Shown here piece after piece: positions 23,991-32,542 of a stretch of DNA of 64,000 nt. A model generated the notes under the pieces. It was not told the origin of the DNA and searched no databases. It saw only the letters and a program-made list of their open reading frames with translations. Numbering within the stretch: the stretch's first letter is position 1; every line of letters starts with the position of its first letter. The stretch lies in NCBI GenBank assembly GCA_965248925.1, contig CBDFLE010000005.1, positions 1,408,001 to 1,472,000 on the forward strand. Direction: 5' to 3'. The DNA comes from Candidatus Multivoradales bacterium (GTDB taxonomy: Bacteria > Acidobacteriota > Thermoanaerobaculia > Multivoradales > J023). Both the position numbers and the translations under genes were made by a program.

Positions 23991-24569
23991 TCAGCTGAGA
24001 CTAGGATCGACCACCGTGCGGAAAGTCACCATCCAGCGGTCATTCAGCAGGCGCATTTGATACTTCACACGATTGCGTTGCCCGGGCACATGCTGCAGCA
24101 CCGAGCCCGAACCCAAAGCGCGGCTCGAAACGTCCCACACCTCGAGCACCGTGACGATGGCGATGGTATTGCGAGACATGGTGATGTCTTCGACTGTGAA
24201 TCTCTCCAACTCTGGCACCAAATACTCGCCACGCTCGGCCAGTTGGTCGATCAGGAGGTCGATGGAGGCGATCTCCTTGGCCACCGCCAGATCCACCAGC
24301 AACTGCGGATTGCGTTCGCTGTAGGCCTTACCAAGCTCGGGCAAATACTCCGCGAGAGCACTCTCTATCGCCGTCCGCACTTCCGCTTCGTCCAGCGTCA
24401 GACCCATCTTGGCGCAAGCGCCAGTGGTCAAGGTCAAGCAGATCAACAACAGCATGGATAGTCGCCTTGACAGAGGATGGAGAGCTTGGCCTCTCGGCGC
24501 GGGTCGAACCGGCGGTGTTCGAGCCGGCGTTGTTCGAAGAAGTCGAATCATGGCTGCGGACTTTAGCAT
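23991..24569 (-). CDS. Hypothetical lipoprotein
   Basis: AGGAG before ATG; hydrophobic stretch ending TTGAC; C-terminal VKYQMRLLNDRWMV. Confidence 0.6.
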   Translation of the reverse strand: MLKSAAMIRLLRTTPARTPPVRPAPRGQALHPLSRRLSMLLLICLTLTTGACAKMGLTLDEAEVRTAIESALAEYLPELGKAYSERNPQLLVDLAVAKEIASIDLLIDQLAERGEYLVPELERFTVEDITMSRNTIAIVTVLEVWDVSSRALGSGSVLQHVPGQRNRVKYQMRLLNDRWMVTFRTVVDPSLS

Positions 24570-24674
24570 CTGGAGACTCCTGGTCGCTGAGTTACCTCTG
24601 TAGTTTGACGCCGATAGGCGCCATTCGGTTCCCGGCGGCGACCTAGGCGGCGTTCAGAGCCGCCAGGAATCTGT

Positions 24675-24703
24675 TTGACAGGCGAGCGCCGATTCTCTAC
24701 AAT
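24675..24703 (+). promoter_or_regulatory. Sigma70-type promoter of tRNA-Leu
   Basis: TTGACA-N17-TACAAT ending 9 nt before the tRNA. Confidence 0.85.
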
Positions 24704-24712
24704 CCGCTCCGC

Positions 24713-24802
<90 letters not shown>

Positions 24803-24930
24803 TCCCCTCCCTGCCTTGTCTTGACAGCTCTGCAACCGACAGACAATCGGGCTCTGTGAGCGGGGCCCTGTGAGCGCTCGCCATAGACGGCCGACTCGTA
24901 GGACTTCGTGCTCGCGGAATTTGGCAGGGA

Positions 24931-25245
24931 TTAGGAAGGATCGAGAACCGCGCCCTTGGACTCGGCGATCAGAAACTCCGCCAAGCCATCGACCGAAGAC
25001 ATCGCCTTGAAAGCGACTTCCTCGTCTTCGACCCGGACGCCGAATTCCTGCTCGAGAGCCAGAACCAGCTCCAAGGCGTCGATCGAGTCTAAACCCAGGC
25101 CCTCACCGAAGAGCGGCTCGCCGTTGCCGATCGAATCGGCTTCCACGTCTAGCTTGAGGCGTTCGACGATCATTGCGCGGATGCGGGTGCGGAGTTCGGT
25201 TTTTGGGCTGGCGGTCATCATGGCGCGGCATCGTACCATAGGCAA
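24931..25245 (-). CDS. Acyl carrier protein (stand-alone)
   Basis: GLGLDSIDALEL phosphopantetheine site; start may be a few codons later. Confidence 0.88.
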   Translation of the reverse strand: MPMVRCRAMMTASPKTELRTRIRAMIVERLKLDVEADSIGNGEPLFGEGLGLDSIDALELVLALEQEFGVRVEDEEVAFKAMSSVDGLAEFLIAESKGAVLDPS

Positions 25246-25279
25246 TCCCTGGTTCCGGCAGTCCGTTCGCCGAAGTCAA

Positions 25280-25297
25280 CTGTGAAACAATTCAGCA
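25280..25297. promoter_or_regulatory. Rex operator-like site
   Basis: CTGTGAA-ACAA-TTCAGCA resembles the Rex box TTGTGAA-N4-TTCACAA; lies between divergent acp and rex. Confidence 0.6.
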
Positions 25298-25322
25298 TGG
25301 CCAAGCCAACAAGACAGCGGAG

Positions 25323-25946
25323 ATGAGCCAGCCGCCCAACATCTCCTCTCTCGCCCTCGGCCGATTATCGGTCTATTTGCGTTGCTTGCGCTGTCTAGAG
25401 AGCCTCGGTGTGGAGCAGATCTCCTCCCAGGAGATAGCCCGTCGGTTCGACCTCTCGGCGCCGCAGTTCCGCAAAGATCTGGCTCATTTCGGCGAACTTG
25501 GCATCCGCGGTGTCGGCTACGAGGTCGAGCCCTTGCGCCAACGTCTCGAAGAACTGTTCGGATTGCACCGCGCCCACCCGACAGTGATCGTCGGCGCCGG
25601 TAATATCGGCAAAGCTCTGGCGCGCTTTCCGGGCTTTCGCTCCGGTACCTTCCAGGTGATGGCGATCTTCGACAAACAGCCCGAGCTGGTGGGACGCCGG
25701 CTAGATGGGCTGATCGTCCAACACAGCCGCGAGCTGAAGGAAACCGTCAAGCGGCACCGAGCCAAGATCGGCATCCTGGCTGTACCCGCCGAAGTGGCGC
25801 AAGAGAACTACAACTCCCTGGTGGCCGCCGGGATCCGCGGTGTGTTGAACTTCGCGCAGGCACAGATTCGCAGTCACTCCGAGGTGCGGGTGCGCTCTGT
25901 CGATCTGACTGTATTCCTCGAAGAACTCGCCTATTTCATTAGTTAG
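25323..25946 (+). CDS. rex: Redox-sensing repressor Rex
   Basis: RLSVYLRCL, RKDLAHFGELGIRGVGY, VGAGNIG, GVLNFA. Confidence 0.93.
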   Translation: MSQPPNISSLALGRLSVYLRCLRCLESLGVEQISSQEIARRFDLSAPQFRKDLAHFGELGIRGVGYEVEPLRQRLEELFGLHRAHPTVIVGAGNIGKALARFPGFRSGTFQVMAIFDKQPELVGRRLDGLIVQHSRELKETVKRHRAKIGILAVPAEVAQENYNSLVAAGIRGVLNFAQAQIRSHSEVRVRSVDLTVFLEELAYFIS

Positions 25947-25965
25947 CGATTCGCAGTAGACGTTC

Positions 25966-26424
25966 TCAGCCAGCGTTCGTAGGACCCTCGATCGAAGCCT
26001 TGAGATCACTAAGGTCCTGCAAGCAAAGCTTGGCCATCATCTTCATCATCGGTCGCATCAACACCGACATGACCTTGGCGAAGAAAGTCAGCGGTGTCGC
26101 CTGAAAGGTCATCTCGACATCCGTGCCAGGGCCGTTGGCAGCGAACCGGAACTCGCTGTAATAGTGAGTTCCGTGGCTCTCGGCCACCAGCCCGTAGCGC
26201 TTCTCGGGCTCAAAGACGGTGACCTCCATTTCCTCAGTGGCCTCTTTGCCGAACATAATGCGGGTTTCACGAAAACGGGTGCCAACACCGACCGGTCCCT
26301 CGGTGAACATCTCCATTTTGGTGATGCCGCTGATCCGCTCGGCGGCTCCGGCGAAGTCGGCGGCACGGGCAAAGACCTCCGCCACCGGTGCTTCAATGTA
26401 CTTTGTGACGCTCAACTGACCCAT
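25966..26424 (-). CDS. SRPBCC/START-fold protein
   Basis: IEAPVAEVF, GPVGVGTRFRETR. Confidence 0.8.
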   Translation of the reverse strand: MGQLSVTKYIEAPVAEVFARAADFAGAAERISGITKMEMFTEGPVGVGTRFRETRIMFGKEATEEMEVTVFEPEKRYGLVAESHGTHYYSEFRFAANGPGTDVEMTFQATPLTFFAKVMSVLMRPMMKMMAKLCLQDLSDLKASIEGPTNAG

Positions 26425-26472
26425 TCTCAGCCCCTTATTCCTGGTGGTCTCACTCTGTTTACTGGCGACGTT

Positions 26473-27075
26473 CTACTGGCGACGTTTGAAGCTCCACTCG
26501 ATCACCTGGTTGTTCTTCTCGCCAATCGGCAAGTCGTAGATCTCCAGCACGATCAAATCTTTCGAGACAAAACGCCAGATGGTCTTGACCATCTTGTCGT
26601 GTTCGCCGGTAAGGTACTCATCGAGGGTGCCGTAGCTGATCAGTGCCTTGCCAGAGGGATCCATATCACCCTCGGCGGTCAGCAGCGCCGTATCGAAGGT
26701 GCTGACAGTGGAAGTGATGTAGCTCTGTTTAAAGTTGTCGTAGCCGAGCAAGATGAAGTACTCCATCGGCTTGCCCATGAAGGTGCCCTTAGTCTCGATT
26801 TTCAGCCAGCGGTCCTGCATCAGCCAGCTGGCCTGTGCCGTGCCCTTCTCGGCCGGCATGTTAGCACCGGCCATGGTCACCTTCGTTAAGGTATCCCAAC
26901 CGCCGAGGAAACGCTCCAGCGCGGCGTGCTTGGCGCTCGGCTGGGTGTATTGCTGAGCCTTCTTCATCATCGCCGCCATGTCGACCTGGTCGCCTTCTTG
27001 CGCCAGGACAATAGGACCGAAGGCGGTCGCGAGCAGGGCGGTCGTCAGGAGTATGATTGGGCGGGATAGCTTCAT
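26473..27075 (-). CDS. DUF1579-like secreted protein
   Basis: Signal peptide; HAALERFLGGW, LGYDNFKQSY. Confidence 0.7.
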   Translation of the reverse strand: MKLSRPIILLTTALLATAFGPIVLAQEGDQVDMAAMMKKAQQYTQPSAKHAALERFLGGWDTLTKVTMAGANMPAEKGTAQASWLMQDRWLKIETKGTFMGKPMEYFILLGYDNFKQSYITSTVSTFDTALLTAEGDMDPSGKALISYGTLDEYLTGEHDKMVKTIWRFVSKDLIVLEIYDLPIGEKNNQVIEWSFKRRQ

Positions 27076-28235
27076 GGATTCGGTTCCTCGTGTTGACTGG
27101 ATGGGGAGTCGTCGGACGGTGGGTTCGCGGTCGCGGGCAGGCTATACCCCTCTTGCTCGGCCAAGCGCCGCAGCACCAAATAACGCAGTTGCAAACAGCC
27201 CGGCGGGCGTTCGATAAGCTCGGCGACCTCGCCGACCACCCGGTCAGCACCACGGGCCATCGGCACTACCGCCAGCGACAGAGCGCCCAACAGCACGGTG
27301 GTGACCGACCGCCGCAGCCAGATTCGATCAGGGGTGGCGCGCTCCAGTAGGCGCAGGCGGGCTAGTAGCAGATTGCTCGGCCGCAGAAAGGCCAGGCGTC
27401 CCGCAGTAGGATCTTCGATCATGCGCCGGGCGAAGAGCAGCAAGGTGCGGCGGTAACTCTCGGTCTCCGCGCCGAGCAAGCGAGCCACCGCCCGATCGCA
27501 GCTTTGCTCACGCACCTCGGCCAGCCGCCGCTGCGCCAACCAGACCAACGGATGAAACCAGTAGACCAGCTGAATGGCGGTACAGGCAGCAGAGCCCCAG
27601 GTGTCGAGGCGACGCAGATGACATAGCTCGTGCAGCAGAACGTGCTCAATCTGCTGTGGTGAAAATCGCTCACTCAAGCGCCGCGGCAAGAAGACACACG
27701 GCCGCACCAAGCCCACGACGAAAGGCGTCCGTACCGCCTGGCTGAAGACAACCCGCGGCAGCCGGCGCAGCCCTACTCGGGCTGAGCAGCGCTCTAGGAG
27801 TGGCCCGATCCAGCTCGGCGCAGTGAATTCGCTGGCGTCATCGCTGGTGGCGAGCCACCGTCTCCACAGTCGCCGATAGCGCAGCCAACCGCCCAAAGAC
27901 AACAGCAAGAAGCCAGCAGCCCAGACCACCACCGCGGCCTGCGCCCAAACCACCACCCGGTGACCGCCATCGGCCACCAGCAAATGAGCCGGCACGGCAA
28001 TGGTGATGGACTGGGGAATGGCGTGGACCAGGCTGATCGGTGAAGTCAGCCCCGGCGGCAGAATCAGCTTCAGCATCACCAGCAGCCAGAGTAGGGAACG
28101 CAGTTCAGGCCAGGTACGACGCGGTAGCAACCTATCGATCGCCGCCACCACCACAATTAGGAGCGACGCCTGGACCGCGATCGGCGCCAGATAACTCCAC
28201 CAAGCTAGCGCCCCAAGGCGCAACAGCTCGCTCAT
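27072..28235 (-). CDS. BlaR1/MecR1-type M56 metallopeptidase
   Basis: HELCH zinc motif, WFHPLVW, REQSCD; short C-terminus without penicillin-binding domain. Confidence 0.9.
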   Translation of the reverse strand: MSELLRLGALAWWSYLAPIAVQASLLIVVVAAIDRLLPRRTWPELRSLLWLLVMLKLILPPGLTSPISLVHAIPQSITIAVPAHLLVADGGHRVVVWAQAAVVVWAAGFLLLSLGGWLRYRRLWRRWLATSDDASEFTAPSWIGPLLERCSARVGLRRLPRVVFSQAVRTPFVVGLVRPCVFLPRRLSERFSPQQIEHVLLHELCHLRRLDTWGSAACTAIQLVYWFHPLVWLAQRRLAEVREQSCDRAVARLLGAETESYRRTLLLFARRMIEDPTAGRLAFLRPSNLLLARLRLLERATPDRIWLRRSVTTVLLGALSLAVVPMARGADRVVGEVAELIERPPGCLQLRYLVLRRLAEQEGYSLPATANPPSDDSPSSQHEEPNP

Positions 28236-28615
28236 CGATCGTGCTCCTGGTCGTCGTCGTCCGCTTCCTCGAGCAGGCGACGAAGCTCGGCCCGCTCGCG
28301 GCCGCTAAGCTGCCGATCCCCTACCAAATGCTGAACCAGAGAACCGAAAGTGCCATCAAATGCCCGCTCCAACAGCGCCCGCACTGCTGTCTGACGAGCA
28401 TCCTGGCGGCTTATGAGAGGCGTGAAAAGGCTGGTGTTGGCACGTTTGCGAACCGACAGTGCTCCCTTCTCCACCAGCCGCCCCAACATCGTCTTGACCG
28501 TCGAGTAGGCCCAGCCAGTGTCGTCATGCAGCGCTTCGAGCACATCCCGCACACTGGCGAGATGGCGCTGCCAAACGACTTTCATGACCTTCCATTCGGA
28601 TTCACTGAGCTGCAC
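28232..28615 (-). CDS. BlaI/MecI/CopY-family repressor
   Basis: LSESEWKVMKVVW, WAYSTVKTMLGRLVEKG. Confidence 0.92.
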   Translation of the reverse strand: MQLSESEWKVMKVVWQRHLASVRDVLEALHDDTGWAYSTVKTMLGRLVEKGALSVRKRANTSLFTPLISRQDARQTAVRALLERAFDGTFGSLVQHLVGDRQLSGRERAELRRLLEEADDDDQEHDR

Positions 28616-28641
28616 GGTGACCTCTGCATTGAATTCTCTCT

Positions 28642-28678
28642 GCTACAAGCGTAGCTTAAACTGCCACAAATGTAGCAG
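28642..28678. promoter_or_regulatory. Two BlaI-type operator palindromes
   Basis: GCTACAAGCGTAGC and CTGCCACAAATGTAGCAG, both resembling the TACA-NN-TGTA core bound by BlaI/MecI/CopY; upstream of the repressor. Confidence 0.7.
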
Positions 28679-28770
28679 AGAGTCAAGTAATCTTCCTCAA
28701 AACTCGCGCCGCAAAATATTTTTCCTCTCGCGGTGCAAGATGATGGACCTTGCCCGCGTCTCTGGTGGGT

Positions 28771-30300
28771 ATGTTGGCACGAATATCTACAGCAACCCCC
28801 TGGGGAGTCGACGCCCGGCCGGTGCAAGTCGAGGTGGACGCCCACAACGGCCTGCCCCAAATGCAGATCGTCGGCCTCCCCGATGCCTCCGTACGCGAGA
28901 GCCGTGAACGCGTGCGATCGGCAATCAAGAATAGCGGCTTCGACCTGCCACCCAGAGCCGTGGTGGTCAACCTGGCTCCGGCCGATCTGCGCAAAGAGGG
29001 CAACCACCTCGATCTGGCGATCGCCCTCGCCTTACTCGCCGCTCTCGGCCAGGTGCCCGAAGAGGCTCTGGCCGGCCGCATGTTCTGCGGCGAGCTGGGC
29101 CTAGATGGCGGCGTGCGCCCAGTGCGCGGCGGCCTGGCTTTGGCCGCTTTAGCCACCCGGCAGCAGCTCCGCGAGTTGCTGCTGCCAGCGGCCAACGCCA
29201 GTGAGGCGGCAGCACTAGGCAGTGTACCGGTGATCCCGACCCGCAGTCTCCGCGAAGTGGTCGACCACCTCACCGGCCGGCAACCCCTACAGCCCGCTAC
29301 CGCCGACGATTTTGGCCAGCACTCCCTGCCCGGCTGCGCCCTCGACTTAGCTGAAGTGCGGGGGCAGCAGGCCGCCAAACGGGCGTTGGAAGTCGCTGCG
29401 GCCGGCGGGCATAATCTGCTTTTTATTGGCCCGCCTGGTTCCGGCAAGACCATGCTCGCCAGGCGCTTACCGGGATTGCTGCCGCCGCTGAGCCTCGAAG
29501 AGTCCATAGCGGTCACCAAGATCCACTCGCTGGTGGCCGAAGAACCCCCTTCACGGCTGGTCGAAGAACGACCCTTCCGCAGCCCCCATCCTGGCACCAG
29601 CACCGCCGGCCTGATCGGTGGCGGTTCCATTCCCCGTCCAGGTGAGGCCAGCCTGGCGCACGCTGGGGTGCTGTTTCTCGACGAGTTGCCCGAATTCCGT
29701 CGGGACAGCTTGGAGGCCCTGCGACAGCCGCTCGAAGAGGGTACCGTCACCGTGGTACGGGCACGAGCGCGGCTTTGCTTTCCGGCTCGCTTCGCTCTCC
29801 TAGCCGCGATGAATCCCTGCAAGTGCGGGCATTTGGGGGACGATCGGCATCACTGCAAATGCTCGCCACAGATGATCGAACGCTATCGCAGTCGGGTCTC
29901 AGGGCCGCTTCTCGACCGCATCGACATGCATGTCGAGGTGCCGGCGGTGAGCCTTGCCGAGTTGCGCAGCGAAGCCACCGAAGGGACTCGGGAAGTAGCG
30001 TGGAGAGTGCGCCAGGCGAGAGAGATCCAGCGCAGTAGATTCGGCTCCCAGACGGACGTGCCGGTCAATGCCTCCCTGGGGAGCGACGGCATCGAGCAGC
30101 ATTGCGTGCTAGCGCCCGATGCCCAGCGCTTGGTCGACACCGCCTTCGACAAGCTCAAGCTGTCGGCACGGGCACTCAGCCGCATCCTCAAGCTATCCCG
30201 CACCATCGCCGACCTCGACAGTTCGGCGGAGATTCGGGCAGCGCATGCCGCCGAGGCCATTCAATACCGCAGCCTGGACCAGCGATCGGAGCGAGGCTGA
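28771..30300 (+). CDS. comM: ComM/YifB Mg-chelatase-like AAA+ helicase
   Basis: IVGLPDASVRESRERV, GPPGSGKT, GEASLAHAGVLFLDE, SGPLLDRID; appears intact. Confidence 0.93.
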   Translation: MLARISTATPWGVDARPVQVEVDAHNGLPQMQIVGLPDASVRESRERVRSAIKNSGFDLPPRAVVVNLAPADLRKEGNHLDLAIALALLAALGQVPEEALAGRMFCGELGLDGGVRPVRGGLALAALATRQQLRELLLPAANASEAAALGSVPVIPTRSLREVVDHLTGRQPLQPATADDFGQHSLPGCALDLAEVRGQQAAKRALEVAAAGGHNLLFIGPPGSGKTMLARRLPGLLPPLSLEESIAVTKIHSLVAEEPPSRLVEERPFRSPHPGTSTAGLIGGGSIPRPGEASLAHAGVLFLDELPEFRRDSLEALRQPLEEGTVTVVRARARLCFPARFALLAAMNPCKCGHLGDDRHHCKCSPQMIERYRSRVSGPLLDRIDMHVEVPAVSLAELRSEATEGTREVAWRVRQAREIQRSRFGSQTDVPVNASLGSDGIEQHCVLAPDAQRLVDTAFDKLKLSARALSRILKLSRTIADLDSSAEIRAAHAAEAIQYRSLDQRSERG

Positions 30301-31265
30301 TGCCACGTTTACCACGCTACTTGCCGCGTCCCGGCTGCTTGGTCGAGATCACCCAGCGGACTCTGCAAGGGCGCTACCTCCTACGACCGAGCCGGCGTCT
30401 CAATCAGCTTCTAATCGGAATTCTTGCCAAAGCCCAGCAAGAAACCGAGCTCGCCGTCCATGCGATCGCCGTCCTCTCAAATCACTTCCACCTACTCGCT
30501 TCACCGGCCACCGTCGAACAGATTGCGCGATTTATGGGACACCTCAAGACCAACATAGCCAAAGAAATAGGTCGTCTCCACGACTGGCCCGGCTCGATGT
30601 TCGACCGGCGCTACACCATGATTCCGGTCAGCGACGAAGAGGAAGCTCAGATCAAGCGCCTCGAGTACCTCCTCTCTCAAGGCTGCAAAGAAGGGCTCGT
30701 GACGTCACCCCTCGAGTGGCCGGGAGCCCACTGCGCAGGAGCGCTCCTGACGGGCTATCCGCTGAGGGGAATCTGGATCGACCGCACTCGGCAATGGGCG
30801 GCGAGCCAGCGCGAGGCCGACACCGGGGAATCCGACTTCGTAACCGACGTCGAGCTAAAGCTCGACAACCTGCCATGTTGGAAGCATCTTGCGCTAGAAG
30901 CCCAGCAGCAACACATCTTGGAGCTCATCGAGAAGATCGAGAGAGATACTGCAAGACTCCATCAAGACCGAGGAACCGAGCCCCTCGGCGCATTCCTCGT
31001 CGGCCAGCAGCAGACACATCGACGCCCCGGCCAGCAACCGACAAACCCACCCCCCTTCTTTCACGTCTATCGGAAGAAAGTCCGGCACGCGATGCGCTTG
31101 GCCTTGGGCGAATTCCTCACTGCATACCGTACGGCCGCAGAGAAACTTCGAAGCCGTGGAGCACCTAGCGGATTTCCTGAAAACTCCTTCCCGCCAAGAC
31201 CAAAATTCGTCACTGCTGTCCCGTTAACTTCGCAGAAAAATAGGCTCAAACCTCCCTGGTCTTGA
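30300..31265 (+). CDS. HUH Y1 transposase, RAYT/TnpA-REP-like; C-terminal tail replaced by IS4 insertion
   Basis: ATG overlaps comM stop (TGATG); EITQRT, VLSNHFHLL (HUH), MFDRRY, RLEYLLSQGCKEGLV..EWPG (candidate catalytic Tyr). Original end FVDTNTPSDSS* lies beyond the IS at 32493-32523. Confidence 0.85.
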   Translation: MPRLPRYLPRPGCLVEITQRTLQGRYLLRPSRRLNQLLIGILAKAQQETELAVHAIAVLSNHFHLLASPATVEQIARFMGHLKTNIAKEIGRLHDWPGSMFDRRYTMIPVSDEEEAQIKRLEYLLSQGCKEGLVTSPLEWPGAHCAGALLTGYPLRGIWIDRTRQWAASQREADTGESDFVTDVELKLDNLPCWKHLALEAQQQHILELIEKIERDTARLHQDRGTEPLGAFLVGQQQTHRRPGQQPTNPPPFFHVYRKKVRHAMRLALGEFLTAYRTAAEKLRSRGAPSGFPENSFPPRPKFVTAVPLTSQKNRLKPPWS

Positions 31266-32483
31266 TAGAATCAGTCATCGCTAAACGGCTGAATCAAAGG
31301 GAGATCTGAGCCTTGGCACATCATAGCACCGTCTTCGCCCAGCTACTGCAACTGATTTCGAGACATGAATTCGAGGCCCTCGCAAAACGCCACCACGCCG
31401 GTCGCCAGTTCCGCACTGCGAGCCGCTGGTCGCAGCTGGTGGCTCTGATGATGGCCCAGCTGTCCGGGCGTTCTAGCTTGCGCGACATCGTTGACAATCT
31501 ACGAGCGCAGCGGCACAAGCTCTACCATCTCGGCTGCCGAGTCCTGTCGCGATCTAACTTGGCACGGATCAACGAAGAGAAGCCCTATCTCCTTTTTGAA
31601 GAGCTATTTGGGAGACTTCTGGGGCATGCTCAGGCAGTGGCGCCCAAGCATACGTTCCGGTTCAAGAACCGCTTGTTCTCGCTTGACGCCTCGGTGATAG
31701 ACCTCTGTCTGTCGATATTCCCATGGGCGAAGTTTCGTACGACCAAGGGAGCGATCAAGCTGCATGTGGGGTTGGATCACGGTGGCTACTTGCCTGCCTT
31801 CGTTGCGATCTCGGATGGAAAAACAGGTGACATCGCGGGCTGCAAGAGCCTGACGCTGCCACGAGGAAGCATCGTAGCTTGTGATCGTGGTTACAACAGC
31901 TACAGCTGGTTTCGTCAGCTGAGCGAGAAGGGTCTTTTCTTTGTGACCCGTCTGAAGCGCGGGGCCAAGTACCGCGTGACCGAACGTCGAAGAGTCAATC
32001 GTTCCAAGGGTTTGATGAGCGACCAAACGATCGAATGGACCGGTGTGAAGGCGTGTCGTGACTGCCCGATGCCTCTGCGGAGAGTAGGCTATCGCGACCC
32101 TGAGACCGGCAAGATCTACTATTTCTTGACGAACCTGTTCCGCCTGTCACCTCAGACCATTGCCGATATCTACCACGAACGTTGGCAAATTGAACTCTTC
32201 TTCAAGTGGATCAAGCAGAATCTGAAGATCAAGACTTTCGTCGGCACCAGCCGCAACGCCGTGCTGACTCAGCTTTGGATCGCCATGTGCGTCTACCTAT
32301 TGCTCGCTTTCATCAAGCACAAGCACCGTCTTTCCAGTAGTTTACGGGAGGCCTTGCGCCTCCTTCAATTGAACCTCTTTGAGCGCCGCGACCTCATGGC
32401 CCTCTTGAAACGAGAGCCGCCGCCGATCCCAGGACTAGACGAAAGACAACTGGTAATCGTCGGAAGTTAACGGGACAGCAGTG
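31211..32483 (+). mobile_element. IS4-family insertion sequence, complete
   Basis: 21-bp perfect terminal IRs CACTGCTGTCCCGTTAACTTC (31211-31231 / 32463-32483); 9-bp target duplication AAAATTCGT (31202-31210, 32484-32492). Confidence 0.95.
31313..32470 (+). CDS. IS4-family DDE transposase
   Basis: SLDASVIDL, IKLH, CDRGY, YHERWQIELFFKWIKQNLKIK. Confidence 0.95.
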   Translation: MAHHSTVFAQLLQLISRHEFEALAKRHHAGRQFRTASRWSQLVALMMAQLSGRSSLRDIVDNLRAQRHKLYHLGCRVLSRSNLARINEEKPYLLFEELFGRLLGHAQAVAPKHTFRFKNRLFSLDASVIDLCLSIFPWAKFRTTKGAIKLHVGLDHGGYLPAFVAISDGKTGDIAGCKSLTLPRGSIVACDRGYNSYSWFRQLSEKGLFFVTRLKRGAKYRVTERRRVNRSKGLMSDQTIEWTGVKACRDCPMPLRRVGYRDPETGKIYYFLTNLFRLSPQTIADIYHERWQIELFFKWIKQNLKIKTFVGTSRNAVLTQLWIAMCVYLLLAFIKHKHRLSSSLREALRLLQLNLFERRDLMALLKREPPPIPGLDERQLVIVGS

Positions 32484-32515
32484 AAAATTCGTTGACACCA
32501 ACACCCCTTCTGACT

Positions 32516-32542
32516 CTTCATAATGTGCCTGGCACCTATTTC
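32516..32542. repeat. REP-like palindromic repeat, copy 1
   Basis: CTTCATAATGTGCCTGGCACCTATTTC; overlaps the original RAYT stop codon. Confidence 0.85.

Noticed and set aside
24821-24847. Second sigma70 promoter TTGACA...GACAAT after tRNA-Leu
   Set aside because: Spacer is only 15 nt and it would point antisense into the ACP gene.
30102-30299. N-terminal extension of the RAYT ORF
   Set aside because: Overlaps comM; the recognisable protein starts at MPRLPR (30300).
28771-30300. comM disrupted by an integrative element
   Set aside because: The frame is continuous, with all motifs through the C-terminal AEAIQYR.
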